Part shown: positions 37,225 through 46,623 of the stretch, in pieces | Position numbering within the stretch: the stretch's first letter is position 1 | How the letters are laid out: the number at the start of each line of letters is the position of its first letter | The notes under the pieces: generated by a model | Databases searched by the model: none | What the model was told of the DNA's origin: nothing | What the model saw: the letters and a program-made list of their open reading frames with translations, nothing else | Assembly: GCA_947643245.1 (NCBI GenBank) | Contig: CANRVI010000001.1 | Location: forward strand, 1 to 53,878 | Origin: an uncultured Clostridia bacterium | Lineage (GTDB): Bacteria > Bacillota > Clostridia > Oscillospirales > CAG-272 | Direction: 5' to 3' | DNA: 53,878 nucleotides | Program-made: the position numbers and the translations under genes

Positions 37225-38169
37225 TTAATAAAACGTAGCAACTGCCTGATCCGGTTCTGACACAGGTTCCACTTTTTGCGCTATCAGCACGGGTCCTTCT
37301 CCTGCGTATACCTTGTGATTTTTCACTTGAATTTCGCCGGTGACGGTAATCCAGTCATAGCTTTTGTAGTCATCGCTTCTGCCCCACTTGCAGATCATGG
37401 CGCTAAACTGAATATCATCTGCGCAGCAGGTCATCACGTGGCGGCCTGCAAACATCCAGCCGGTTCCCAAACTTTTTTCTTTGGCAACCATAGCTTTGAA
37501 TTGCACCGTTTTACCATGATAAGCGGGCAAGTTTTCACACAGATCCCGATAAAATAAGGCGTAGTCTCTGTCCTCTATTACAATAATAGGTGCCTCCATA
37601 TCGTAAGGCAGTGGGTCTTCTATTTCGTCGTAGGTGGTTTCTCCCTCCACGTTTTCATATATAATTGCCGCCATCCGGGACAGTCCCCGCACAATTTTGT
37701 GCAGTTCTGTATAGTCTGCGCCAACAGCCATCCGATTAAAGATGATCATATCTGCGCTTTGTATCTTATCTACTACCAGGCTGCGCATGTTTTGATTATA
37801 GCCGGCAAATGTGGTAGCATCAAAAAATAAGATTTGCTGGCCGATGATCCAATGCTCCGGCGCTGCGCTAAACAAATCGGACAACTGCCACATGCCGTTA
37901 TATTCTACCAAGATTTTTGTAGCGTCATACTTTTTTTGCAAAATAATTAGTTTTTCTGGAGATAGATCTCCCACTGAATCGATTTCTTCCAAATAGATAT
38001 CCGGCTCGGCAAACTTCATAGGATCCAATTCAACTTCTCCAGTCTCACAAAGCAGCACTAGGATCCTTTCTCCCTCGCAAAACCGTTTGTCCATGAGGGT
38101 TTCCTGTATAAAGGTTGTTTTTCCTGATTCCAGAAAGCCTGTAACCAGATAAACAGGTGTATCTTGCAT
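37225..38169 (-). CDS. divergent COG0523/CobW-like P-loop NTPase fused to a DUF1980-like C-terminal domain
   Basis: N-terminus VYLVTGFLESGKTTFI (P-loop), with LVLLCETGEVELD in place of ENEFGE, and no CxCC motif. The C-terminus GKTVQFKAMV...FAGRHVMTCCADDIQF...YDWITVTGEI resembles the R..MTCCAAD...W..V.G pattern I recall for DUF1980/TIGR03943. Confidence 0.55.
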   Translation of the reverse strand: MQDTPVYLVTGFLESGKTTFIQETLMDKRFCEGERILVLLCETGEVELDPMKFAEPDIYLEEIDSVGDLSPEKLIILQKKYDATKILVEYNGMWQLSDLFSAAPEHWIIGQQILFFDATTFAGYNQNMRSLVVDKIQSADMIIFNRMAVGADYTELHKIVRGLSRMAAIIYENVEGETTYDEIEDPLPYDMEAPIIVIEDRDYALFYRDLCENLPAYHGKTVQFKAMVAKEKSLGTGWMFAGRHVMTCCADDIQFSAMICKWGRSDDYKSYDWITVTGEIQVKNHKVYAGEGPVLIAQKVEPVSEPDQAVATFY

Positions 38170-38192
38170 AACAGTTTTTATCCCTTTCCCAG

Positions 38193-39257
38193 TCAGTCAA
38201 ACAATTTTTCCAGCGCCGCTTCCTGCAGACCGGAACCGATTACGCAAAGCCGTCCGGTGACGGATGGGGTGCCAACACGGATATCTGTTTCCCCGGGGGT
38301 GTAATCAAAGTGAAACCAGCCTTCATCGCCCGCTACGATGCCCTTCGCCCGCAGCACCATACCAAAACGGCTTTCATCTTCCAATGCATACAGAATTTCT
38401 TCTAGACGTGCACGGGTGTAATGGGTGGCGGTTTCTTTCCCCCAACTGATGAATACCTCGTCTGCGTGATGCTGTCCTTCTCCATGGTGATGACCATGCC
38501 CGCAGCTGCAACCCTCTCCATGATGCTCGTGGTCGTGGTGTTCACATGTGCAATGTGCTCCGTGATGTTCATGCGTGCCGTGGTTATGTTCGCAACAGCC
38601 GTTCCCGTGATGGTGGTGCTCTCCACAAACGGAACAGGTATTATCCTCTTCCAGCAGAGATACTTGGGGCTGCTCCATTGCTTCCAGCAATTGAGCACCG
38701 GTAAGCAGGTCCCAAGGAGTGGTGACAATCAATGCATGTTGGTTCTTTTCTTTTAACAGAGAAATACAGCCATTGATCTTTTCTTCCGCCATGCCATCGG
38801 TATGACTGAGAACGATGGTTTTTGCGTGCTGTATTTGGTCATTGAAAAATTCACCGAAATTTTTCATATACATTTTGCACTTTTTTGCGTCAACTACCGT
38901 GGTGCAGCTGTTCAGTGAAAGTCCATGCTCTGCCGTACCTTCTACAGCACGGATCACATCGGACAGCTTGCCGACGCCGGAAGGTTCGATAAGGATTCGG
39001 TCAGGAGCGTAGTCCTGATATACCTGCAGCAGGGCGGTACTAAAATCTCCTACTAAGGAGCAGCAGATGCAGCCAGCATTCATTTCCCGCACCTGCACAC
39101 CGGATTCTTGCAAGAATCCCCCGTCGATACTGATGTCACCAAATTCATTTTCGATGATTACCAGTTTTTCTCCCGTATATGCCTCTGCGATAAGTTTTTT
39201 GATCAGCGTGGTTTTTCCGGCGCCGAGAAATCCGGAAAAAAGATCAATTTTTGTCAT
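38193..39257 (-). CDS. COG0523 family GTPase (CobW/ZigA/YeiR-like zinc metallochaperone) with His/Cys-rich insert
   Basis: GFLGAGKTTLI P-loop, ENEFGD, CxCC motif GCICCS. A 55-aa stretch reads CGEHHHHGNGCCEHNHGTHEHHGAHCTCEHHDHEHHGEGCSCGHGHHHGEGQHH. Confidence 0.88.
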   Translation of the reverse strand: MTKIDLFSGFLGAGKTTLIKKLIAEAYTGEKLVIIENEFGDISIDGGFLQESGVQVREMNAGCICCSLVGDFSTALLQVYQDYAPDRILIEPSGVGKLSDVIRAVEGTAEHGLSLNSCTTVVDAKKCKMYMKNFGEFFNDQIQHAKTIVLSHTDGMAEEKINGCISLLKEKNQHALIVTTPWDLLTGAQLLEAMEQPQVSLLEEDNTCSVCGEHHHHGNGCCEHNHGTHEHHGAHCTCEHHDHEHHGEGCSCGHGHHHGEGQHHADEVFISWGKETATHYTRARLEEILYALEDESRFGMVLRAKGIVAGDEGWFHFDYTPGETDIRVGTPSVTGRLCVIGSGLQEAALEKLFD

Positions 39258-39336
39258 ATATGTAGCCTCCGTATGTCGTAGTTTTTATTATGCAATTAAA
39301 CATATACTTTATGTAAAATATATGGCAGGAAATTTT

Positions 39337-39365
39337 GAGAAACCGCCCCGTCAGAGCGGTTTCTC
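39337..39365 (-). terminator. hairpin just downstream of the GT2 gene (weak or no U tract)
   Basis: GAGAAACCGC-cccgtcaga-GCGGTTTCTC, a 10-bp stem 8 nt after the stop. Confidence 0.4.
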
Positions 39366-39372
39366 GCAGAAC

Positions 39373-40098
39373 TTATAGATTTCGCACATGCTTTTTAATT
39401 TTACGAATATCAGCCAGCATATGCAGAGCATCTCCTACTATATGGATTTTAGAATCCCGATGATGGATAATCTGCACTGGAATTTCAGTCAGAGGATACC
39501 CTAATTTTTGCGCTACCTTGATCATTTCCAAGTCAAAGGAAAACCCATCGATAGTGCAGAGGGAAAAGATTTTCCGGGCACATGTACCATCAAAGCATTT
39601 GAATCCGCACTGGGAATCGGTTAGGCGAAATCCGGCGCACACCGCAATTACTTTGATATATATTTTCGACGCCATGCGTCGTAAAAACGTATATCCTGCG
39701 TATCCATCCCGGTTTAAATTGCGGGATCCCAAAACAATTTTATCACCAGAGGCGACTTTTTTTGCTGCTGGTCCGATTACATCGGTACCATAAGCTAAGT
39801 CGCAGTCTGTATAAAGCACGATATCTCCCGTAGAAGCCAGAACGGCAGTACGTACGGCTGCTCCTTTACCACGGTTTTGTTTATATCCGATACACTGTAT
39901 CTTGCATAGTCCCTCTTTTTGAATGGCAGCCTGCAAAACGGTTCGGCTGTCATCTGTAGAGCCGTCGTCGCAGAACAAAATTTCCCAGTCCCATCCCTCG
40001 CAGGTGCAAAATGCAGTCATGGCGCGGTAAAGGGCGCGGGCGGTGGAGACACAAATCTCGCGCTCATTATACATCGGGATACAAACGGAAAGTTTCAT
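39373..40098 (-). CDS. family 2 glycosyltransferase (polyprenyl-phosphate glycosyltransferase-like)
   Basis: SVCIPMYNE, FCDDGSTDDS, YTDCDLAY (DxD) and NRGKGAAV motifs; soluble, 241 aa. Confidence 0.82.
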   Translation of the reverse strand: MKLSVCIPMYNEREICVSTARALYRAMTAFCTCEGWDWEILFCDDGSTDDSRTVLQAAIQKEGLCKIQCIGYKQNRGKGAAVRTAVLASTGDIVLYTDCDLAYGTDVIGPAAKKVASGDKIVLGSRNLNRDGYAGYTFLRRMASKIYIKVIAVCAGFRLTDSQCGFKCFDGTCARKIFSLCTIDGFSFDLEMIKVAQKLGYPLTEIPVQIIHHRDSKIHIVGDALHMLADIRKIKKHVRNL

Positions 40099-40124
40099 AA
40101 TCGCTCCAAAATGAGAAAATCGTT

Positions 40125-40976
40125 CTATAAGGTCAGTACAGTAAAATCCACTTCTACTTTAACGGTCAGGCAGTCACTGGCCAGCAGCCGCTGCCGGCCC
40201 TCTATGGGACAGCGATAGTAAAAAGGCGTCATAGTAAACAGGCAGGAGAGCGTGTTCTGGTCCGGCAGATGTATCTGATAGGAAAGCGTCTCTTTATGCG
40301 CTACAGTAAAGCCTGCAGGCATTTTTACACCCTCTCCCACACGGGGCTGCCCATATAGCAGGCAACGCATTTCCCACAGATGCTCCCTTCCGGCGGAGGC
40401 CACAATCAGCGCGCCGTCCCTCTTCAAAATCCGCATGGCTTCCTCTCTAGGAATGGGTGCAAAAATACTATATATAATGTCCGTACTTTGGTCCTGCAGC
40501 GGTATGGCAAAAATATTACCGGCAATAAATTGTACGTTAGTCAGCCCCATATTTTTAGCGAGCTTTGCACCTGCCGCCGCACCGCTTTTAGCTGCATCGA
40601 CGCCGATCCCGGAACACGGGTGTCCGATCTTTTGAAGCCGATGGGCGATTTGGCAGGTGTGGTATCCTTCGCCGCACCCTGCGTCTGTAAAGAAAATTTC
40701 TTTATCACCTGCTGCTTCCCGTCCCAGTCTGGCCGCTGTCTTTGAAATGGGGTCGTACCATCCTCCGGAGAGAAATCGGCTGCGGCAGCGGAGCATTTCT
40801 TTGTCGTCTCCGGCTTTCGCATTGTTTTTCTTTCCCGGAGGCAGCAGGTTTACATATCCGGCTGCAGCAATATCATAACAGTGTCTGCGTTCTCCCAGGC
40901 AGTACAGACTTGCACCGTCTTTTGTAAGAGGTGTGCCGCACAGGGGGCAGAGCAGATGCGCAAATTCTGCAGCCAT
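40125..40976 (-). CDS. RlmA/RrmA-like 23S rRNA (guanine-N1)-methyltransferase
   Basis: N-terminal Zn ribbon CPLCGTPL...YCLGERRHCYDIAAAGYVNLLPPGKK and SAM motif DAGCGEGY. Confidence 0.75.
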   Translation of the reverse strand: MAAEFAHLLCPLCGTPLTKDGASLYCLGERRHCYDIAAAGYVNLLPPGKKNNAKAGDDKEMLRCRSRFLSGGWYDPISKTAARLGREAAGDKEIFFTDAGCGEGYHTCQIAHRLQKIGHPCSGIGVDAAKSGAAAGAKLAKNMGLTNVQFIAGNIFAIPLQDQSTDIIYSIFAPIPREEAMRILKRDGALIVASAGREHLWEMRCLLYGQPRVGEGVKMPAGFTVAHKETLSYQIHLPDQNTLSCLFTMTPFYYRCPIEGRQRLLASDCLTVKVEVDFTVLTL

Positions 40977-42100
40977 TAGCTGACGGTCTCCACAAGCTTT
41001 GCGTGAAGGGCATATCTGCCGTCCGGTGCGCCGTTAGTACAAGTGGAAAAAGTGATCATGGTATCTCCTGAGGCAAAGGTGGTGTCAGAGGGAAATTTGG
41101 AGTTGGATACCACTTCGCTGGCAAATTCCAGGAAGGACGCTTCTGTTCCAAATTCCGTACGGAAATATTGATAGTCGGATGTGGTTTGATAAATGGACAC
41201 CGGCTGGTAAATATATACGCCTTCCATTGTATAGATATAGATTTTTGAGTTGTAGAACGTATCTGCGTTTAAAAACTTTGTTACGTCGTGGAACATCATA
41301 GATCCCGCTGCAACATTGTGCCCATAAAGCACTGCATTAAAGTTATCGGTAATAGGTTCCTTGGTAGCCGCGTCCAAAAAAATGGATCCGATAGGCAGAT
41401 AGTTGTGATTATAGGAATGGTCCAGGTAATAGTCGTTGTCTGTCCCCCGCAGGATGGGATAATTAATTTTGGTATTTTCTACATAAATCCATCCGTATAC
41501 GTCGCTGTTGATTTCGCGCAGAGAAGTCAAACTGGCGCGCATCTGTTCCAGCTGCTGATCATATCCGGATATGTTTGCGGCGCCACCGTCGCCCCTTCCG
41601 GAGTTGATTCTGTCAAAAAGAGACTGCAGGGCGGCATCACCGGAAAGGCAGGACAGCGTATTGTTCCAGGGATATGCACCAGCAGTATTTGTCTGTCCGG
41701 GGATAAACAAATTGAACTGATCCGAGGCTTCGTCGTATATTTTGCTCCCTTCGATTTTACCCCAAATATTTTGCCCCAGCATAATGAGGCTCACTACAAG
41801 AACGGAGCCGAATATTCCAAGAAGCGCCAGCTGCAAAAAATTTGCCGCCTTGCTTCTTTTTCTTTTTTGAGGAGACTTTTCTGTGCTTGGCATTGCGGTA
41901 TTTTTCTCCATAATATCCTGCGCTGTGAGCGTATCTACCGACTGGATAAAATCCTCCGGTGTAAAGTCCTTGTTGCGTGGGATTTCCACATTTGGCGCCG
42001 GGGTCATTGCAAGATCGTGTGTCAAAACTGTTTCAGGAACAGCTTCCAGGATCGGTTCATCCTGGGAGGGCGCCGTTCTTTTCTTTTTATTTTTGGACAT
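40976..42100 (-). CDS. srtB: class B sortase with ~85-aa N-terminal cytoplasmic extension
   Basis: YGWIYVENTKINYPILRGTDNDYYLDHSY, LYGHNV..GSMFHDV, catalytic Cys in ITFSTCTN. AAGGAG is 5 nt before the ATG at 42100 (the ORF opens at 42115). The stop overlaps the next gene's start (TAATG). Confidence 0.85.
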   Translation of the reverse strand: MSKNKKKRTAPSQDEPILEAVPETVLTHDLAMTPAPNVEIPRNKDFTPEDFIQSVDTLTAQDIMEKNTAMPSTEKSPQKRKRSKAANFLQLALLGIFGSVLVVSLIMLGQNIWGKIEGSKIYDEASDQFNLFIPGQTNTAGAYPWNNTLSCLSGDAALQSLFDRINSGRGDGGAANISGYDQQLEQMRASLTSLREINSDVYGWIYVENTKINYPILRGTDNDYYLDHSYNHNYLPIGSIFLDAATKEPITDNFNAVLYGHNVAAGSMMFHDVTKFLNADTFYNSKIYIYTMEGVYIYQPVSIYQTTSDYQYFRTEFGTEASFLEFASEVVSNSKFPSDTTFASGDTMITFSTCTNGAPDGRYALHAKLVETVS

Positions 42101-42354
42101 AGCTGCTCCTTTCATTCACTTATAATTCATTTAAGGTAAATTTCTACTCTTTGATTATAGCCTCTGCCCACAGGAATTACAATAAGAAATATGTAAACAA
42201 TCCCGAAATTTTATAGTTTCTTTCAAAATTCCATTGCAAAAGTGCCGGCGTTCATGTACAATATTACTCTAATAGAAAATAAAGGCACCCGCCACGGCTT
42301 TCGAGGCGGGCTTGTTGCGTAGGTATAAAAGGCAGAGCAGAAAGGAAGCAAATC

Positions 42355-43029
42355 GTGGCAGATATATTTGAACTTTTTAAACGGATTGCAGGAGATAAAA
42401 AAGATCCATCCGGCCCGCCTACCCATTTGATTGTGGGACTGGGCAATCCCGGAGAGGAGTATATTCGTACCAGGCACAACGCCGGCTTTATTGCCGCGGA
42501 TCATATCGCCAGATGCTTGGGTACAGAGTGCGCTCGGGTTCGGTTTCATTCTATGAACGCGGCTGTCGAGATCGGCGGTCACCGTGTGCTGCTGATGAAG
42601 CCGCAAACCTATATGAACCAGTCCGGGCAGGCAGTGGGGGAGGCGGCGGCCTTCTATAAAGTCCCACCGGAAAATATTATTGTTTTGGTAGACGATATTT
42701 ATCTGCCGCCGGGACGGATGCGGATCCGCGCGGGTGGCACAGACGGCGGACATAACGGGTTGAAGGACATTATTTATCATCTGGGCGCAGACTCCTTTCC
42801 CCGTATCCGCATTGGCGTAGGTGAAAAAAAGCAGGGTGATTTGATAAGCTGGGTACTGGGAAAATTCAGTGAAGCGGATTTGGAACAAATGGCCCCGTGC
42901 TTTGCGGCATGCTATGATGCCGCCGCGTTGATTATGGACGGAAAGACAGACGAGGCTATGGGGCGTTTCAACGGCATGAAGCCCCCCGCCGACAAAAAGA
43001 TAAAACCGGAGCAAGGTACACATGAATAA
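42355..43029 (+). CDS. pth: peptidyl-tRNA hydrolase
   Basis: LIVGLGNPGEEYIRTRHNAGF and GGHNGLKDI motifs. GTG start. It overlaps the mfd start by 8 nt. Confidence 0.93.
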   Translation: MADIFELFKRIAGDKKDPSGPPTHLIVGLGNPGEEYIRTRHNAGFIAADHIARCLGTECARVRFHSMNAAVEIGGHRVLLMKPQTYMNQSGQAVGEAAAFYKVPPENIIVLVDDIYLPPGRMRIRAGGTDGGHNGLKDIIYHLGADSFPRIRIGVGEKKQGDLISWVLGKFSEADLEQMAPCFAACYDAAALIMDGKTDEAMGRFNGMKPPADKKIKPEQGTHE

Positions 43030-46000
43030 TCCAACATTGCTGCTGAGCACTATGCGTGCCTGTAGAGAATATACGGCTCTTACCGATGCGCTGGCCGCAT
43101 CCCGCCGCCGGGCGGTGCAGCGGCCGATTTGTGTCAATGGACTGTGCGAGGGGGCTGCCCCTTTGTTTCTCACAGCCCTCACATCCGACGAAACGACTGC
43201 GTCTCGTCGAGTACTCCTTTTATATTCCAGTGACAGAGCCGCTGCGGATGAGGCGATGCGCCTGTCTGATATAGGCGTACCGGCGTATCATTTCCCTGTA
43301 CGGGACTATCAGTTTCACAACACCACCGCCTCTCGTGACTATGAGCACAGGAGGCTTCTTGTGCTGTCTGCCCTTTTATTTACTGATACGCCTATGGTAG
43401 TTTGCGCTACAGTTGAATCTGTGCTGCAGACTACGGTTCCTCCGGAGGATCTGATCCACCTTACCTATATGGTGGATATGGAGCGTCCCCTGGATACAGA
43501 ACGCCTGGCAGAAATTTTAGTGAGCGGCGGATATACTCGGGTGGAACTGGTGGAAGGGCCTGGCCAATTTGCCATGCGTGGCGGAATCATCGATGTGTAC
43601 CCCCCTGCGGAGGCGCCTATCCGAATCGAATTGTTTGGAGATGAAATTGACCGTATGGGCAATTTTGATCCTGCTACACAGCGGTTCACCGTAGCTATCC
43701 GTGAGCCGCTCCGAATCCCTCCCGCGGGGGAAATCGTTATCGGCGATCAAGGACGGGAATTAATTCGTGCTGCCTGTGAAAAACAGCTGAAAAAATTGCA
43801 GGGGACGGAGAATGCTCGTGCCATAGATATTTTGCGGGGAGAGCTTGCGGCCTTAGAGAACGAAGCGAATATCAGCTTTGCGGATAAGTATATTCCTTTG
43901 ATTTATCCTGAGGCGTCTTGCTTTTTGGACTATTATGACGGCCTGGCGGTGCTGTGCGATGCTGCCTCCGTTCAGCAGCAAGCCCAGGCGGCGGAGATGC
44001 TCACCATGCAGACTTTGGAGGAGCTGATTGACGCGGGGGAACTGTATCATAAGGTGCGGGGAACCTATATCCATCCGTGGGCACGGATGGAAAAGGCGCT
44101 GGAGGTTCTGCCAAGTATATTGGTGGATTCCTTTGCCCGCAGCCATCCGGGGCTTGCTACGGCGGCAGAGTTTCATTTTGTGACCAGACATATTCCTGCA
44201 TATGGTGGGAATACATCTCTGCTTTTAGAGGACCTGGCACAGTTTGTGCAGGGGAAATATCGTACCGCGGTGTTATGCGCTAATGAGGCAGAAGGCAGAA
44301 ATATTGCAGATATGCTTATGGGCGAAGGATATACCGCTGCGCTATGTGACGGGGAGCTTGCTTTTTTTGAGGGCGATGGAGTTCGCCACCCTATTGCCGT
44401 ATTGTATGGAGATGGCGGCGCGGGATTTGAACTGACGGGAGAGCGGTTTGCCTTTCTGAATTATTCAGGAATGCCGGGAACGACTTCCGGCAGAGGAAGG
44501 CGCAAAAAATCCGTGCCTAAAAAGAATCGGGAAGCGATACTCTCCTACAACGACTTGGCTGAGGGAGACTATGTAGTCCATGAGGCATATGGAATCGGCT
44601 TGTTTGAGGGAATCGAAAATCTGACGGTAGATGGTATGTCCCGAGACTATGTAAAGATCAAATATGCCGGCACGGATCAGCTATTTTTGCCTGTGGATCA
44701 GCTGGAACTGCTGTCCAAATATATTGGCGCTGCTGCCGAGGGAGGAGCGGTGCGTCTTTCCAAAATGGGGGGCGCAGATTGGACCAGAGCCAAAAGCAGA
44801 GCCAGCGCCTCCGCAAAGGAAATGGCCAAGGAACTGATCGAATTGTACGCTCGCCGCCGCCGGGCCAAGGGAATTGCTTTCCCGCCGGAGGACGATATGG
44901 GCCGGCAGTTTTCCGCCGCCTTTCCGTATGAGGAGACGGACAGCCAGCTTACGGCCATTGCGGATGTCAAGCAGGATATGGAAGCGGATTATCCCATGGA
45001 TCGGATCGTATGCGGAGACGTAGGATATGGAAAAACAGAAGTAGCACTGCGTGCAGCCTTCAAGGCGGTATCCGGCGGGTGTCAGGTGGCGATTTTGGTG
45101 CCTACCACAATTTTGGCTTACCAGCATTATCAAACGGCTCTCAGCCGGTTTCGTGGATTTCCAGTTACCGTAGATATGCTGTCCCGTTTTCGGACAAAGG
45201 CACAGCAGACGGCGTCCCTGCGTCGGCTGCGCCGGGGAGAGACGGATATCATTATCGGAACGCACCGGCTGATTTCCCAGGATATCGAATTTAAGAAATT
45301 GGGGCTTGTTATTGTAGACGAGGAGCAGCGCTTTGGCGTGGCGCAGAAGGAAAAGCTGAAGGAAGCTGCTATCGGTGCGGATATGCTCACCTTGACTGCA
45401 ACGCCTATTCCACGCACGCTGAATATGGCGATGGGGGGCATCTTAGACATGAGCGTACTGGACGACGTGCCGGGAATGCGGTCTCCTGTACAGACCTATG
45501 TGATGGAGCATGAGGATGGAATCTTATATGAAGCTATTCGCCGAGAGCTGCGTCGGGGCGGACAGGTATTTTACCTGAACAACAATGTGGAGTATTTATA
45601 TACTATTACCGCTAAGCTTGGCCGGGCAATTCCGGAAGCACGGTGTGCGGTGGCCCATGGCCGCATGGATCGGGATGAACTGGAAGAGGTATGGGAAGGA
45701 CTGGTTCAGGGGGAAATTGATGTGCTGGTTTGTACCACAATTATCGAAACTGGTGTAGATATTCCCAACGCCAATACCCTGATTATTGAAAATGCGGATC
45801 GTTTCGGCCTGTCCCAGCTCCACCAGATTCGGGGCCGGGTGGGACGCTCCAGCCGGCGGGCATATGCATATTTTACCTATCCGAAAATGAAGCAGCTATC
45901 GGAGATTGCGGACAAACGGCTGCAGGCTATCCGGGAGTATGCGGCTTTTGGCGCAGGCTTTAAAATTGCTCTTCGGGATTTGGAAATCCGGGGGGCCGGC

Positions 46001-46567
46001 AATTTGCTTGGAGAACAGCAGCATGGTCATATGGAAGCGGTAGGGTACGATATGTACATCAAACTTCTGGAAGAAGCGGTTCTGGAAGAAAAGGGAGAAG
46101 AGAAAAAGGTGCGGGTGGAATGTGCGGTCAGTGTTCGTGCCGACGCTTATCTTCCTAAAAGCTATATCCGGGATCAGTCTCAGCGTATGGAAATGTATAG
46201 AAAGATTGCCAGAATCCAGTGTGATGAAGACTTCTCCGATATGATCGATGAACTGTGCGACCGGTTTGGGGATCCGCCCAGAAGCGCTATGATGTTGTGC
46301 CGTATTGCTCTTTTGCGCGGGCTTGGAATCCAGGCGGGGATGGAGAAAATCGAGGAGCGGGACAGAGAACTGCTGCTCCAGGGAAAAAGTCCGGATCTTA
46401 CGGCCGTACAGCAGCTTTCTGGTAAATATCCAGGAGCAATTCGTATGACCATCGGCGCATTGCCGGCCATTACGATAAAAAAGCCGCGGGGTGTGCAGAC
46501 GGTGGACTTTTTGTGCGATTTGTTAACGGAATATATACAGTTTCTTCCGAAAGGCGCACAGGAATAA
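43022..46567 (+). CDS. mfd: transcription-repair coupling factor Mfd
   Basis: 1181 aa with a UvrB-homology N-terminus, RID/CarD-like region (DYVVHEAYGIG), SF2 helicase motifs (GDVGYGKTEVALRAAF, VDEEQRFGV, TATPIPRTL) and a TRCF domain. Confidence 0.97.
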   Translation: MNNPTLLLSTMRACREYTALTDALAASRRRAVQRPICVNGLCEGAAPLFLTALTSDETTASRRVLLLYSSDRAAADEAMRLSDIGVPAYHFPVRDYQFHNTTASRDYEHRRLLVLSALLFTDTPMVVCATVESVLQTTVPPEDLIHLTYMVDMERPLDTERLAEILVSGGYTRVELVEGPGQFAMRGGIIDVYPPAEAPIRIELFGDEIDRMGNFDPATQRFTVAIREPLRIPPAGEIVIGDQGRELIRAACEKQLKKLQGTENARAIDILRGELAALENEANISFADKYIPLIYPEASCFLDYYDGLAVLCDAASVQQQAQAAEMLTMQTLEELIDAGELYHKVRGTYIHPWARMEKALEVLPSILVDSFARSHPGLATAAEFHFVTRHIPAYGGNTSLLLEDLAQFVQGKYRTAVLCANEAEGRNIADMLMGEGYTAALCDGELAFFEGDGVRHPIAVLYGDGGAGFELTGERFAFLNYSGMPGTTSGRGRRKKSVPKKNREAILSYNDLAEGDYVVHEAYGIGLFEGIENLTVDGMSRDYVKIKYAGTDQLFLPVDQLELLSKYIGAAAEGGAVRLSKMGGADWTRAKSRASASAKEMAKELIELYARRRRAKGIAFPPEDDMGRQFSAAFPYEETDSQLTAIADVKQDMEADYPMDRIVCGDVGYGKTEVALRAAFKAVSGGCQVAILVPTTILAYQHYQTALSRFRGFPVTVDMLSRFRTKAQQTASLRRLRRGETDIIIGTHRLISQDIEFKKLGLVIVDEEQRFGVAQKEKLKEAAIGADMLTLTATPIPRTLNMAMGGILDMSVLDDVPGMRSPVQTYVMEHEDGILYEAIRRELRRGGQVFYLNNNVEYLYTITAKLGRAIPEARCAVAHGRMDRDELEEVWEGLVQGEIDVLVCTTIIETGVDIPNANTLIIENADRFGLSQLHQIRGRVGRSSRRAYAYFTYPKMKQLSEIADKRLQAIREYAAFGAGFKIALRDLEIRGAGNLLGEQQHGHMEAVGYDMYIKLLEEAVLEEKGEEKKVRVECAVSVRADAYLPKSYIRDQSQRMEMYRKIARIQCDEDFSDMIDELCDRFGDPPRSAMMLCRIALLRGLGIQAGMEKIEERDRELLLQGKSPDLTAVQQLSGKYPGAIRMTIGALPAITIKKPRGVQTVDFLCDLLTEYIQFLPKGAQE

Positions 46568-46623
46568 TCGTTTTTGTGTGCTATAATAAAAAAGCGGCTC
46601 CATCCGCAGAAAGGGTAGATTCC

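Noticed and set aside
39258-39336. Possible Zur box upstream of the COG0523 gene (TCGTAGTTTTTATTATGCA).
   Set aside because: Only one half-site resembles the Bacillus TCGTAAT-N-ATTACGA consensus, and the spacing and second half do not fit. I cannot support zinc regulation from the sequence alone.
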